Positions 11,843 to 25,248 of a stretch of 64,000 nucleotides of DNA are shown here, piece by piece. The stretch comes from Octopus bimaculoides (taxonomy: Eukaryota): contig NC_068997.1 in NCBI RefSeq assembly GCF_001194135.2, positions 12,395,109 to 12,459,108 on the forward strand, in the 5' to 3' direction. How positions within the stretch are numbered: position 1 is the first letter of the stretch; every line of letters starts with the position of its first letter. The translations under genes were made by a program, and so were the position numbers. Below the pieces are notes generated by a model, which saw nothing but the letters and a program-made list of their open reading frames with translations, had not been told where the DNA came from and did not search any database.

Positions 11843-12077
11843 CAGCGGTCCCGACCTTTTTCACATCACGGACCCGGGGGATCATGCGCATAACAAAACA
11901 CAATAAAGTATATAATATATAATTTAATTATAACAAATATAATACATATAAATGCAAAAACACACTGCAAACTACAGTAGTCAGTAAAATAATGATAAAA
12001 TTTAAATATCTATTCTTTCTGTGCGACCCAGTACTGGTCTGTGATAGGGTAGTAGAAAAAGCTTTGAGGCACCGCTT
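11843..12077. mobile_element. Degenerate hAT/Charlie-type MITE
   Basis: CAGCGGTCCCGACCTTTTT..GGACC left end; right end GGTCTGTG..AAAAAGCTTTGAGGCACCGCT; no TSD recognised. Confidence 0.4.
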
Positions 12078-13113
12078 TTCATTAAATTTAAAAAACGGAA
12101 CTGCTCCTTGGACCAGCTCCACAAACCTGTAAACATATATGGAACAGAGGTACATTTCTTCCACCTGAGACCATCCTGTTTTTAAAATGTTTATAGGACA
12201 TGTCAAATGTCCTCCCTCTCTGTTTATTTTTGCTTTTGTAAAATTATACGGTATGATTTGAGGAAGATTTTTATTGTTGAAGGTCAAACGACCGTGGAAT
12301 GAATCCCTTGTTGGCTCGAATTTGTTTGTGTTTTCTTGGGACGCTTCAAATACTCTCAGGGACGAAATATATAACAGAGTGGAGTGCGAAAGGGGAACAT
12401 AGTAGACAAGTTCGTTGAATTTCAGACTTATTCGTCTTAAACATGGAGGGATGCATTAGGTAATTTCTCTAACTAAAAGCAAAAATAGCATGCTCGATGA
12501 GAAGAGGTTGCAACCTTCCATTTCTCATACACGGGGAACATTATTATTGGTTTCTACGACCTTCTCACAGTGCAGCCGATTCTGAGACAGAAAAGTGCAT
12601 TCGGTGCTACCATTTAAGTACCTGGTCGATCCTGTAGTTATTGAGTCCGGAAGGGTGAATAATAAACTTGACCTTGGCGGCATTTGAATTCAAAGTACAC
12701 AGAATCGGAACAATTACTGCAAGGCCGATGCTCTAACGATTCAGCCAATCGACCACCTTACTGCATAATGTAGACCTTGTCTTAGGTGTCCCTAAAAAGC
12801 AGGATCATTGCGGCTGAAATACTTTTGTTTATAGTAAAAATAGGAGACGAGGAAAGGTCATGTTTTGATGAGGAATGTTTAGCTAAAGCAACTGAATGTG
12901 GTTTTTCGGGAACTGATCTCTAACCAGGAGTGAAAAATAATAATAAATATAAAATACAAGTGACTAACTTTATGTTGAAATTATTTTCATTTATGTTTTT
13001 GATTTTTAACATCGTTACAAGACCACATGTTAGGAGGTGAAAATCGATCTTACTATTTATCAACACTCAAAAGTATAAAAAGCGACGTTGACATACACAG
13101 GATTCAAAGGTAC

Positions 13114-13430
13114 GGATCTTTTTTAAAACGGGGGCCACATTTTTCATTAACGAAACACTTTGAAACTTGGAACACTGGTAGAATGTGTCATATAAAACAT
13201 CTTTTTCTCTTAGTCTTCTTAAAAAAAAAAGAAATCCATAAATTATTCCATGTTAAAGTTGTCGTATTTCTGTAATTTCAACCAATCACTGACGTCCATT
13301 CAGCCGATATAGATTAAGCGCCGACTACATAAACAAACGATTCTGAAACAATTAACCCTAACCCTAACCCTATCCCTAACCCGCGTGTGCAAATGAATAC
13401 GCGTTTAGGGTTAGGGTTAAGGTTAGGATC
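13114..13430. mobile_element. Same foldback family, copy 2: one arm plus an extended (CCCTAA)n-spacer-(TTAGGG)n core
   Basis: Near identity to 10847-11080, then taaccctaaccctaaccctatccctaaccc-gcgtgtgcaaatgaatacgcgt-ttagggttagggttaaggttagg. Confidence 0.85.
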
Positions 13431-16400
13431 GACCACTCACGACTAGCTAGCGCGGACGCGCGACTGCGCGTTCGGGTCCGCGCTGCTTTAGTAGTACCGA
13501 TTCAAATTCAGAACGTAAAGAACAAACCGTNNNNNNNNNNNNNNNNNNNNNNNNNNNNNNNNNNNNNNNNNNNNNNNNNNNNNNNNNNNNNNNNNNNNNN
13601 NNNNNNNNNNNNNNNNNNNNNNNNNNNNNNNNNNNNNNNNNNNNNNNNNNNNNNNNNNNNNNNNNNNNNNNNNNNNNNNNNNNNNNNNNNNNNNNNNNNN
13701 NNNNNNNNNNNNNNNNNNNNNNNNNNNNNNNNNNNNNNNNNNNNNNNNNNNNNNNNNNNNNNNNNNNNNNNNNNNNNNNNNNNNNNNNNNNNNNNNNNNN
13801 NNNNNNNNNNNNNNNNNNNNNNNNNNNNNNNNNNNNNNNNNNNNNNNNNNNNNNNNNNNNNNNNNNNNNNNNNNNNNNNNNNNNNNNNNNNCTAACCCTA
13901 ACCCTATCCCTAACCCTAACCCTAACCCTGTCCCTAACCCTAACCCTAACCCTATCCCTAACCCGCGTGTGCAAATGAATACGCGTTTAGGGTTAGGGTT
14001 AAGGTTAGGATCGACCACTCACGACTAGCTAGCGCGGACGCGCGACTGCGCGTTCGGGTCCGCGCTGCTTTAGTAGTACCGATTCAAATTCAGAACGTAA
14101 AGAACAAACCGTTAACTAAATGCCTCAAGGCATTTTTTTGTCCGATATTCCAACGATTATGTCAACCTCCGCGCTTTGTATTGTATTTTAATGAGAATAT
14201 TATGTTATATAAATGAAGTATACTGAAATAGAACTCAGACTAATAACACACTCATCCACCCACACCTAAAACTGCTTTTAATAACATTACTACTTAATGT
14301 TGGTTATTAAGTATCACATCGTGTTTTTAAGAATAATTCATCTAATACACCGATGATATTCAGGAATCCTGTGCAAGAGGAACAAATTTTCCTTAGCACC
14401 GTTAGAAATCAGAGAGAATTGCCGAAACTAAAAAAAGTTATTTAATCACGTGTTAGGTTGTATCACAGCTTTCTCCTCTAGACAGTGTTGTTGTGTCAGG
14501 GAAAGGTTATATTGATGTTACTAAAGAACTTTGACTAAGAGTCTACGTGAACAGCTACAGAGGAGAAAACTCACTACAAATCTGACCTTAACATTTACAA
14601 GACAGAGAACGGTGTTTTTCTATGTAATGTCCCACAATTATGTTTGGCCCATAAGTATCACCAATTCGTTGATTAAATTTTTGCTTTTTGTTTTAGCTTT
14701 GAGATTTGAATTTAAATACGATTCGAAATAAAATAAATATCTACATATACATTGGAAATAGGTATATAGTAACACAAAAAAATATGCACTATTGTCTAAC
14801 ACAAAAATATCTCTGTTCCCGCTGTGGGTAGGTATGCTTTACAGGTAGGGAGGAGGAGGAGCAGTACTTTTGCATACCTTTCTAGACTAATAAGCTAAGA
14901 GAGAGAGTGAGACGGTGGAGAGACAAAGAAAAAGAGAGAGGGGAGTCTTGCTTCAGATTCATTTTTGTTATCTTCGGCTTCTACGCTCCTTCAAGCGAGC
15001 TGGTGTGATGTGACCTTTGTATTTCATTAATCTAGGTAAAGGGAGTTGGAGCCATGATTAATATACAGTAGCTGATTATAGATTTAAAATTTCAGCACAA
15101 AGCCAGCAATTTGTGCTCAACTGGTACTTATTTTATCGACCCCGAAAGGATGAAAGGCGAAGTCGACCTCGGCGGAATTTGAGCTCAAAACTTAAAGACT
15201 GGCGAAATGCCGCTAAGCTTTTTTGCCCAGCGTACTAAGGATTCTGTCAGCTCGCTGCTTTTACAGTAACTGATTATAAACAATTTATCGTTCCTGTAAA
15301 AATAGGCTTTGTACTTTAAGCGTCCTTAAACGTAACATATTTCCAACACGCGTGTATAAATAGTCGCTCTGTTTAACCCTCACACCCTATACTATGTCTT
15401 GGATAAGAAAAGGGTACATTAAATTATGAAACGAGACCAGCATAATGATGACTACATTGGTCAGTTCGATCAAGATTAATTTAAAACTAAACAGTACTAG
15501 GAGTTCTAGTGAAGTTTACGAGTGAACCTATCTATTTATAAGACGAAACGGTCATAGAACGTCTTTAATTTATAGTTTTGCTTGATCTGAGCTGACCTGA
15601 CCTTGGAGCTATAACGTTATCAATGACTCATATTGCACGGTTAACAATTGCATGTCATGTGCGGCGTCGTCCTCGACTTGACATATATGTAGTCTCGCCT
15701 GCTGACCTACAGAACCAAACAATATTATTAGCAACATTAGCTGCTAATAAAAAAATAAATGTAAGTTCCTGATCTGGATTTGTTTTGGAGATGATTTAAA
15801 TACGAGACCGTGTGATGCAGCTAAAATAATTTTCATCGCAGTGGAAAATATAATTATAAACATCAAGTCACACATACAAACAAACTTACCTACACACACT
15901 ATCTCTCTACTCTGGCTTTATTATAGTTTATAACAATTTCCTACATAGACCCGAGATTAGAAATGTCTTTAGTAATTTTTATCGGACTGTATTTTACAGG
16001 TTTAAACGTGTTTTAGTTTTAGATACATTCCTAACGCTTTTTAAGTCATGGTACTTTAGGGACGTTTTTGTCCCAACATTCCATTGCCTGTCACCTAAAA
16101 ACCTCACTTCGCCCTTTCACGTTTTTGTTGATTCAACGGAGGCGTGATTTATCCATTTATTCCGTTCTAATACTTGGACTGACACTTTATTTTATCGAAC
16201 CAGAAATATGAGATGAAAAGCAAAGTTGACATTGGTGGAAAACGATCTCAGAACGCGAAGAGCCGGAACAATTACAGCAAAGTTTGTCATCCGATGCATT
16301 CACGGATTCTCTCCCATTTCTGATATCTCAACGCCGCATATTCTGGTGGATGGGTTTAGTCTTAAGTTTATATATTTGTTTTGCAAGATTCTTATTGTGA

Positions 16401-17817
16401 AATCGTGTGTTGAAACATTGTTTATACTTGGGGACGACCATCCCCAGGTTTAGTCTTAATTTCCATTACAATTCTATTCATGTCAGCGGTTTATACCATT
16501 TAGTATAAGTAAGGCGGCGAGCTGGCAGAATCGTTAGCGCGGTCGGCAAAAATGCTTAACGACATTTCTCTTTACGTTCTGAGTTCAAATTCCGCCGAGG
16601 TCGACTTTACCTTTTATCCTTTCAGGGTCGATTAAATATGTACCATTTAAGCTGTAGAGTCGCCTAGTTCTCTCTGCTCCGAAATTTCAGATCTGATACC
16701 TATAATACAAAAGACTATTAAGAACCAGTGTTTCATTAACAGATCGTTGATATTTGTATGCTAAAAATTCTGTTGCTCTCGACCGATCAAACCTGCGAGC
16801 AAAGATATTTTAAGTGGGACCATCCTGTCTCTTAACCAAGCACAGTGCTCCAACGTGTCCTCTAAATGATTTCAGAGATATGACTGCTATTTCTAACAGA
16901 TCAGAAACCACATCGATGTTCCCTTACTGTCTCGTGGCTAATGTTATATAATATAGTAGCAGTTGTCGATTAACCCACACAACGAGTATTTCTTCTCTCC
17001 ATCTGTCTACGTCATCCAACTCTTTTTCCCTCCGTCTGTCTATCTCTATGGTGATAGCAGCTACTGCCGCTAGGTTGCACATGTATCCATACGTGTGATA
17101 CGGGTGAAGAACGGGTATGTATGGTGGAGTCAGCCGTTCACGAAGTCACGTACTTTGTAGCATGAAAATTCATAATCCCGTGACTTCGGTACACACACAT
17201 CCTTCTCTCTTACTCTCTCTCTCGCTATTTTTATAATGAGAAAACACACAAATACTCGCTGCAACAGGAACAAACGAACGGCTGTTCTTGTTAGAGAGAT
17301 GTCAACATCAAGTTATTTTTAATAAAGCTACAAACAAACCAGCGTGGGAAAATATACGCGGTCACTGCATGTGCTAAAAACAGCAGCCGTATCTTTGCCT
17401 TCTGTTCTTAATTATTCTCACAAATGGTAATTGCCAACACAGAACCCTTTCTTGCCGATAGCTGGGTTTGTTAAAAATAGCAGTCAAATCCCATCCCCGC
17501 AAAGGAAGGACACATTGTACAGTGTTGTCAGTCATGGAGTGCATTGTCTTAATAAAATATGGGATGGGCACCGGTGAAATTCCTTTGATTAGGGTTAAAC
17601 AGAAGAACGAAAAATTAAAAAAAAAGCTTTAGCACATGGTTACACGTTTAGGTAGTTTTGTTTAGCCCTAGGTCAACCGTGACTGAACAGACCTCTGTTC
17701 AAGAGTATTTTAGCCATACTCATCCCGTTTTTCTTTCTTTTTGTATATATGCAAAAGGGCCTCAGGGCAACATTATCCAACGTGTTTCAAGACAGCAGAT
17801 CGAGCAATCATGTAGAT

Positions 17818-18003
17818 CAGGGGTGTCCAAGTACAGGATTATATAGAAAGAATTTTTTTTCCCCTATTTAATGAGCATCGCAGTTTGGAAGGTGCTTTTA
17901 CATTATATATGTAATAATTAAAATATATATTATGCATTTTATTGTGTTATATTATGCACATGATCATCCGGTTCGCAGTGCAATAATAGGTTGTGGACGG
18001 CTG
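17818..18003. mobile_element. hAT-type MITE
   Basis: CAGGGGTGTCCAA ... TTGTGGACGGCTG ends; 8-bp flanks ATGTAGAT/ATGTAAAG (6/8). Confidence 0.55.
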
Positions 18004-19789
18004 ATGTAAAGATTCCTTCGTTGGCACGTGGAGGAAGTACAATTTAAAGCAAGTGTAATAATGCTGCATCAAAGAAAATTTTATTAGAAATATAGAAAAA
18101 TATAATTACATTTATGGTGAAAATGTATTTATTAAATGTTCAAGTAAGAAATATAAATATGTTTAGCCAATATCTTAATGACGTGCTTTTGTGTTTTTTA
18201 ATGTAAAAAATCTGAAGTGTGTGCATGAAGGCCGTACTTAACGGCTTTTTAAGGCGGCAGATTCTCTATTGTTGGTGCTGCAGATTGGGTCAACATCCGA
18301 CACTTGTTTTATGAAAGTCTGGGAGGTAAAATACTGAAGCCAAGACCAGTAGCAGCAGTAAAACATGCAACATACAATAATACTATTAAGTTTTTGGTTC
18401 GTGATTACACAAATAGATGGCGAAAGTTCGAGGGGTTTCGGTGACATGTAATGGACGTTCGTCGAGGTGTGGGTGCGAAATCCCACTGCAATACCATCAT
18501 TATCGTCGTCGTCGTTTAACGTCTATTTTTCCAGGTTCGTATGGGTCGGACAGATTTTCTATGGCCTACCCTTCTTGTCGCCAACCCTCATTTGTTTCCA
18601 AGTTTATATATATATCGTCAGTGGATCGTATATCCGAAAAAGAAGCACATTCTCAAAGTTAGAACAGTAATGTATTCACATTGTCACACGTTTCGGCAGT
18701 TGTTGTTCAGCCCTGGGTCAACCGTAATTGAAAAAACTTTTTGTTCAAGGGTATTTTAGCCACGATCATCCCGTTTTTCTTTCTTTTTGTATCTATGTAT
18801 CAAACTCTTGAAGAGAGTTTATATGCCTTCGAACATTAGAGTCTGATAAGTCGTCCATAAAGCGCTTAGCTTTATGGATGCGAAACCATTAATCATTCTA
18901 AGACCGGGAATAGATTTAACTTCATGTAAATATACAAAGACGATACCTTCTAACAAAGACGGTACCCACACAAGTAATCTCCAGGAGTGCCTTCGGATTT
19001 AACTATCCCCTGGTTGCTTAGATACTTCAGACTACCCCTGAAATATTGAAACAATCTTATCATATATATATATATATAGGGAAAAACCTACTTTTTCCTG
19101 TCTTCTGTCAAGCGCTTATATGTCTCTTTATTAGACTATTTACTTTAGTCATTGCACGGTGCTCACTTATAAGCTTTAAGCTTATAAAATACTATTATAT
19201 GTATATATATATATATATGATATATCAAGTACAGGACATCACCTACATATATATATGACGGGTTTCTTTCTTCTAAATCCACTCACAAGACTTTAGTCAA
19301 TGCGGGACTATTGAAGAAGAAACTTTCCCAAGGTGCTATTCAGTGGCACTAAGCCCAAAGATAAGATAAGGGATTAAAGTCTTTCATTGTCTTCCTATTT
19401 GCTAAACTCACACAGCCCGGATTTTCTACATCTGAAGAATTCTTATATTAGACTGGAATCTGAGAGCATAGATAGCCTGAAGATCAGGATGAGTGCAGCA
19501 TTGGAAATACCCTATCTTTCTACCCTCCCAGAGCCTCATGTATATATATATATATACTAGTTTATTTTGTCTTCGTCTTCGCGCTATATGAACATTTATT
19601 GTGGTTTAGAGTCAAGATTTGACTGCTATTTTTCAGCGTGGCGGTATCTCTTAGATACCCTATATTATAATTTTAAATAATTGTTACCGTTGAGGTTTTT
19701 ATTCCCATGCTGGCCACTTGATAAAATCAATATTTTAAATATCGATCTTATCCTTATTTATATAAATACAAATATATATATACATACAT

Positions 19790-20135
19790 ACATAAGTGGC
19801 TGTGTGGTAGTAGCTTGCTTACCAACCACATAATTCTGGGTTCAGTCCCACTGCGTGGCACCTTGGGCAAGTGTCTTCTGCTATAGTCTCGGACCGACCA
19901 AAGCCTTGTGAGTGGATTTGGTAGACGGAAACTGAAAGAAGCCCGTCGTGTGTATATATATATATATATATGAATGTGTGTGTTTGTCCACCCAACATCG
20001 CTTGACAACCAATGCTGGTGTGTTTACGTCCTCGTAACTTAGTGGTTCGGCAAAAGCGATCAATAGAATAAGTACTAGGCTAACAAACAATAAGTCCTGG
20101 GGTCGATTTGTTCAACTAAGGGTGGTGCTCCAGTC
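19790..20135 (+). mobile_element. tRNA-derived SINE, family B (internal (TA)n)
   Basis: gggttcagtcccactgcgtggcaccttgggcaagtg..gtggatttggtagacggaaactgaaagaagcc..(TA)n..aataagtcctggggtcgat. Relatives at ~9410-9600, ~38820-39010, ~40860-41040, ~47590-47935 (all minus). Confidence 0.8.
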
Positions 20136-21526
20136 ATACATATATATATTTATATACACATACATACATATATATAGATATATTTATATACATCTCGAAA
20201 TGGGTAGTGAATGTAGACAGCCGACAACTGATTCAAGGTCAGTCTTTGTATTACCTGTCCTTTTTTTTCTCGTTATTTGCGTATTTAATGTTGGTGACGT
20301 TCTGAACATATCGTTTTACGTCCGCTTTCTATGCTGGCATGGGTTGGACGGTTTGACTGAGGACTGGTGAGCCAATCTGATCTGGCAAAGTTTCTACAGC
20401 TGGATGCCCTTCCTAACGCAATATATATATATGTATATACATGTGCATTATTTTTAATTATTATATATAAACATTATTAATTATAAGGAATATTATGGAG
20501 TTGCCCAGCATTATATTTAATTCTTTTACTATATATACTTCTTTACATAGACCTACACATGTTTCAGCTGCACCGATTAATAACTGTTGCAATCGCAACC
20601 CCACTATGTGTGTGTGTTTGTTTGTTTATGTCTAGTAATTTAATGGTTTGGAGAAGGAGATAGATAGAATAAGTTCTGGATTTCTAAAAGAAGGCAAGTA
20701 CTGAGTTTGATTGGTTGACTGGTCCTTTCGTGGTGGTGTCTCAGCATGGCTGCAGTCCAATGATTGAAACAAGTAAACAATAATGAATGTAATGAGTGAC
20801 TGAATTAATAAAATTCTTGAGAAACTGTTTTGTGGCTTTAGCTACATTGCGAAGTTTGACTGCTTTAAATGTACATGGCTTAGTGGTTAAAGCTTTCAGC
20901 TCACAATACTGATGTCATGGGTTCAATCCCTAGGCCAGTTGTTGCATTGTGTCTTTGAGCAAAGCACTTCATTTCGCATTGCATCAGTCCACTCAGCTGT
21001 AAAGAAAGTACCAGTGCAGCCCTCTCTACCTTTGGTGGTTATGTTCAAGATGTTATTTGGGTCAAGGATGCTGGAGACAGAGAGGATATCCATGTCTGCT
21101 CAGGTACCTAAAACAACTAACAAGGATATGGTACATGCTACTAAACCATACTTGCTCACAAGTGAAGACTAGCTGTAATGAACTAAGCTCAAATTCCACC
21201 TTGCTGATCTCTATCAACACCAGGGTAATGCGAGTCTAAGTTCTAGTCTAACCCTTTAGCCCTTAAATTATTCTGTCGAATGTAAAGATTATTTATTCAC
21301 ATTGTTTTCTATTAATCATGTGTTATCTTGTAAGAGATGAGATTTCAATGATGTGATTGTTTATTTTCTGAATGGCATTGTAGAGTAGATGTAAAAGGCA
21401 CAAAAACAATTTTTTCTGAATGTACATTGCTGAAATCTAGCTGCATCTTTTATGCCATCAAATATGGTAAAAAAATAAAGAACCCTTTTCCAAATATATT
21501 CTAAAATGTTAAATATTTCTTCCATC

Positions 21527-22100
21527 ACATGCCAGTGGGAAAAATTAGTAGTAGTTGATAGCTTCCGTTACCTAGGTGATCAAGTCAGAAGCTGGGGTGG
21601 ATGCACTGAGAGAATAGCTGCTAGAATAAGAATAGGCTGGGCAAAGTTCAGGGAGCTCCTACTTCTGCTGGTAACAAAGGACCCCTCGCTCAGAGTGGAA
21701 AGCAGACTGTATGATTCCTGTGTGTGAACACCCATGCTACACAGCAGTGAAACATGGACTGTGACTACTGAGGATATGCATGGGCTTGTAAGAAATGAAG
21801 CTAGTAATGCTTTGCTGGATGTGCAAGGTCAGTGTGCATGCGTCGAGAGAGTAAGGTTGGGCATAAGAAGCATCAGATGTGGTGTGCAAGAGAGACGACT
21901 GTGCTGTTATGGTCATGTGATGCATATGGATGAGAACAGTTGTGTGAAGTGTCGCACTCTAATGGTGAAGGGAACCTGTTGAAGAGGTAGACCCAGGAAG
22001 ACATGAAACAAGGTGGTGAAGCTTGATCTTCAAATGTTGGCCTTCGTGGAGGCAATGACAAGTGACCAACACCTTTGGCAATATGCCATGCTTGAGAAGA
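21527..22100 (+). mobile_element. 5'-truncated, degenerate RTE-clade LINE 3' end
   Basis: EKLVVVDSFRYLGDQV..RIRIGWAKFRELL..MLHSSETW..RRLCCYGHVMHM..RGRPRKT, the post-RT C-terminal region of RTE elements, with stops and frameshifts. Confidence 0.85.
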
Positions 22101-24135
22101 ACCAATGGATTAAGAAATACTGCGTGTTAAAAATTATGACTGCTTTGTTAGGAGTCCAGGTCTGGGAGGATTAAAAAAAAAAAAAAAAAAAAGGGTAGGA
22201 GACATTTTGGTGGTTTATTTGGCATTGCTGACTTAACTGCTATCAGGCATTTTAAAGTTCCTCTCATTGTTTATGTAAGAGTGTATGTTGTGTTCAACTA
22301 ATAAATTACAATCTTTCATTCTGTTGTGAGTATTTGTTTGCAAGCATGCGTGTTGGCCCCCCGGTGCAAAAACAGGCTGTATGTATCAAATGTCTCATCC
22401 TGGTATTAAAAGGTTTTGACAAAAAGGAACAAAACAAGGGCCCCATTGGACCCTAAAACATCACTTCTAAACTTGAAATAACCTGCACTGCATAGATGTG
22501 TGGTTAAGGAGCTTGCCTCCTTATATGGTTTCAGGTTCAGTCCTACTGCATGCCACCTTGGACTATCTTCTACAGCCTCAGGGTTACCAAAGCTTTTAGA
22601 GTAAATTTGCTCAACAGGAACATGTTTGTCTCTTTGTCTTGACATCATGCAACTGTTGTAAATAAGTGTCACCCTCATACAAGCGATGTCATTAGTTTCT
22701 AATCCTCCATTAAAACATTTCTGGTCATGAGGAAAATTTGCTTGAAAAGGTGATGAAAATGGTATCTGGTTGCAGAAAATCTGCCTCAATGAATATCTTG
22801 ACCCACACAAACATGGAAAATCCTCATCCTTGTTTAATGTCTATTTTCCATGCTGGCAAGACAGTACTGCACCAGGCCGCAGTTGTATGTTTGGTGTGGT
22901 TTCTGCAATTGGATGCCCTTCCAGAAACCAACAACTTTTATGAAGTGTATTGGGTTGCTTTTACATGGTGTTGGCACATGAAAATGGATGTTAAAATATT
23001 TACAATGATAAAAATGTAAGGCCTACTTCCGTATGATGCTGGTGTTGTATATTTATCTCCGACAGTGATGTTAAAACTGGAGATTCTCTCCCACTGTAAA
23101 AATCCTAAACATCTGAACTATCAAATTTAAATTCTTTAGCATTCATATTTATTCCCAATGCTTTGAATTAATCAAGCATTATCTCAGTTTCAAGATTTTG
23201 ATATGATTGCTCATATTTAGAATGACATAGGACAGAATGATGGGCCAGATCTGGCCTGTGAACACAAAACAGAATATCTGGATTGGATAGAGTTGCTTTA
23301 AAGGCTAATGGAGTAACATTACCACAAGTGTCATGCAACATCCTGTTCAAGAATTACTTTAGAAGCAGAAAACTTCTATAATAACATAACCTTAGATTTA
23401 AAAGAAAATGGATACTATATTTTAAATGTTCCTAAATCCCAGGACAACATGCTCTATAAAGACAGGATAGAATAAAAAACATGGAATATATGAAACTGGC
23501 TAACAAGTAAATTAAGGAGCTTCAACATGTTAAACTGCTAGAAATAGCAGCCAATTTCCTTAAGCCATGTGGTTGGTAAGCAAGCTACTTATCACACAGC
23601 CACTTCTGCACCTATAATTTGTTTGCAAGAATGAGGTGCGCTTGTATTTTTTTCTATATATTGGTCCCACATTAATGGATGCGAGTCTGGGAATGCGAAT
23701 AAAAAAATACAGCCTTCCAGCACAGCCATGGAAATCTAAGATATAGTCAGTGCATTCTGGATGGATTGGTGCACTTTTTTTGCAGAATCTTCGACTGATC
23801 AATCTGTGATGGGCATAAAATGGTTCATTACTGAACATACTGTGTTATCTTGGGTTGGTAATAAAATGAGGTTACATGTATAACAAAAACCAGCCAACCA
23901 TATGACATGCAAGTAATGAGGCACCCTACCCTTTTGTGACCATATTTCTAATAGGAATAACCTGCAAGCAAGCTTTAGTGAAATAAATTTGAAGTAAGTT
24001 TACCCAACAAAATTCATTCGAAGTATTGTTGATTTGTCAGTTGAATTCAGGTACAATTTCTCTCAACATGAACAATAAAATGAGGTACAGATATTCTCGG
24101 ATATACACTGTTGTAAGATGTTAAAAGACAAAGAT

Positions 24136-24673
24136 GGGATCTTTTTTAAAACGGGGGCCACATTTTTCATTAATGCTTTACGTAGTGTTTTTGGTACCGA
24201 AAGACTTTCAAACTTCGTATACTTATCTATTTTGTGTTATAGAACAGAAAAATATTTTTGTATTCGAATTTATTTCATGTAAAAAATTGTCTTATTTCGA
24301 TAATTTCAACCAATCACTGACGTCCATTCAGCTGATATACATTAAGTGCCGACTACATAAACAAACGATTCTTCGTTTTATTTGCTTTTTTCATTTTAAA
24401 TTTGCTTTAACCCTAACCTTAGGGTTAGGGTTAATTGTTTCAGAATCGTTTGTTTATGTAGTCGGCGCTTAATGTATATCGGCTGAATGGATGTCAGTGA
24501 TTGGTTGAAATTACAGAAATACGACAACTTTAACATGGAATAATTTATGGATTTCTTTTTTTTTAAAGAAGACTAAGAGAAAAAGATGTTTTATATGACA
24601 CATTCTACCAGTGTTCCAAGTTTCAAAGTGTTTCGTTAATGAAAAATGTGGCCCCCGTTTTGAAAAAGATCCC
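24136..24673. mobile_element. Same foldback family, complete copy 3 (538 bp)
   Basis: ~38-bp TIRs (GGGATCTTTTTTAAAACGGGGGCCACATTTTTCATTAA), inner ~70-bp inverted repeats, central ttaaccctaaccttagggttagggttaa, flanking AAAGAT direct repeats (24130-24135, 24674-24679). Confidence 0.92.
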
Positions 24674-25248
24674 AAAGATGTCCCAGTCTCATCTGAAGAA
24701 AGAAGAGTTTTTATGTACAACTTCCTACAAGTTACCCACAAGTTGTGGTCCCCAACTATCGCCTGTCTCAGAGGCCCTGATCCCACAACATAGAAATATA
24801 GCGATGCATGATTCAAAGGAAATTTGGTTGATATTTCTAGCAATTTAAAGCTACAATGGTGACTCCATTGTAGGTTCGTTCCTTTTAAAACTATATCAAT
24901 GTTTAGAGCTCAATCTCATGATACTCGTCTACAGAAATGAGTCTTATGGTATTTGGTTCTCAAAAGAATCCCATATGATATTGATAACTTGGATAAAGAA
25001 AAATTGACACCCGTCTACCGTAACTTTCATACAATGAACAGAAATAAGGCAGGAAGAATAAGAAACAGAAATCTTAAAATAGAAAACAGTTATAGGAATT
25101 TCACTGTACTACTCAAACTATATCTTCGGAGGTTAATAATTTTATCTCAAACTAATCTAAAGTGTGTTGTCTTTCAATAAAATTCAGCAATTTACATACA
25201 AAATGAGCAGCATTTCTGATTGTCTTATGGCTAAATTAATACAACTGA

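Noticed and set aside
11928-12460. ~177-codon open frame on the minus strand with a hydrophobic end
   Set aside because: Its 3' half overlaps the hAT-type MITE and AT-rich DNA; no recognisable homology or consistent splice structure.
13352-13430. CTAACCCTAA as a telomerase RNA template
   Set aside because: Part of a multi-unit array inside a dispersed repeat; no pseudoknot or H/ACA context seen.
18238-18486. Cys-rich 82-aa ORF and an overlapping short signal-peptide-like frame
   Set aside because: Too short, no splice partners or homology recognised.
18840-18885. CTGATAAG-hairpin-CGAAAC resembling a hammerhead ribozyme (perfect 10-bp stem TCCATAAAGC/GCTTTATGGA)
   Set aside because: Core G8 is A, stems I and III cannot be formed convincingly, and the surrounding ~18835-19040 looks more like a mariner-type remnant.
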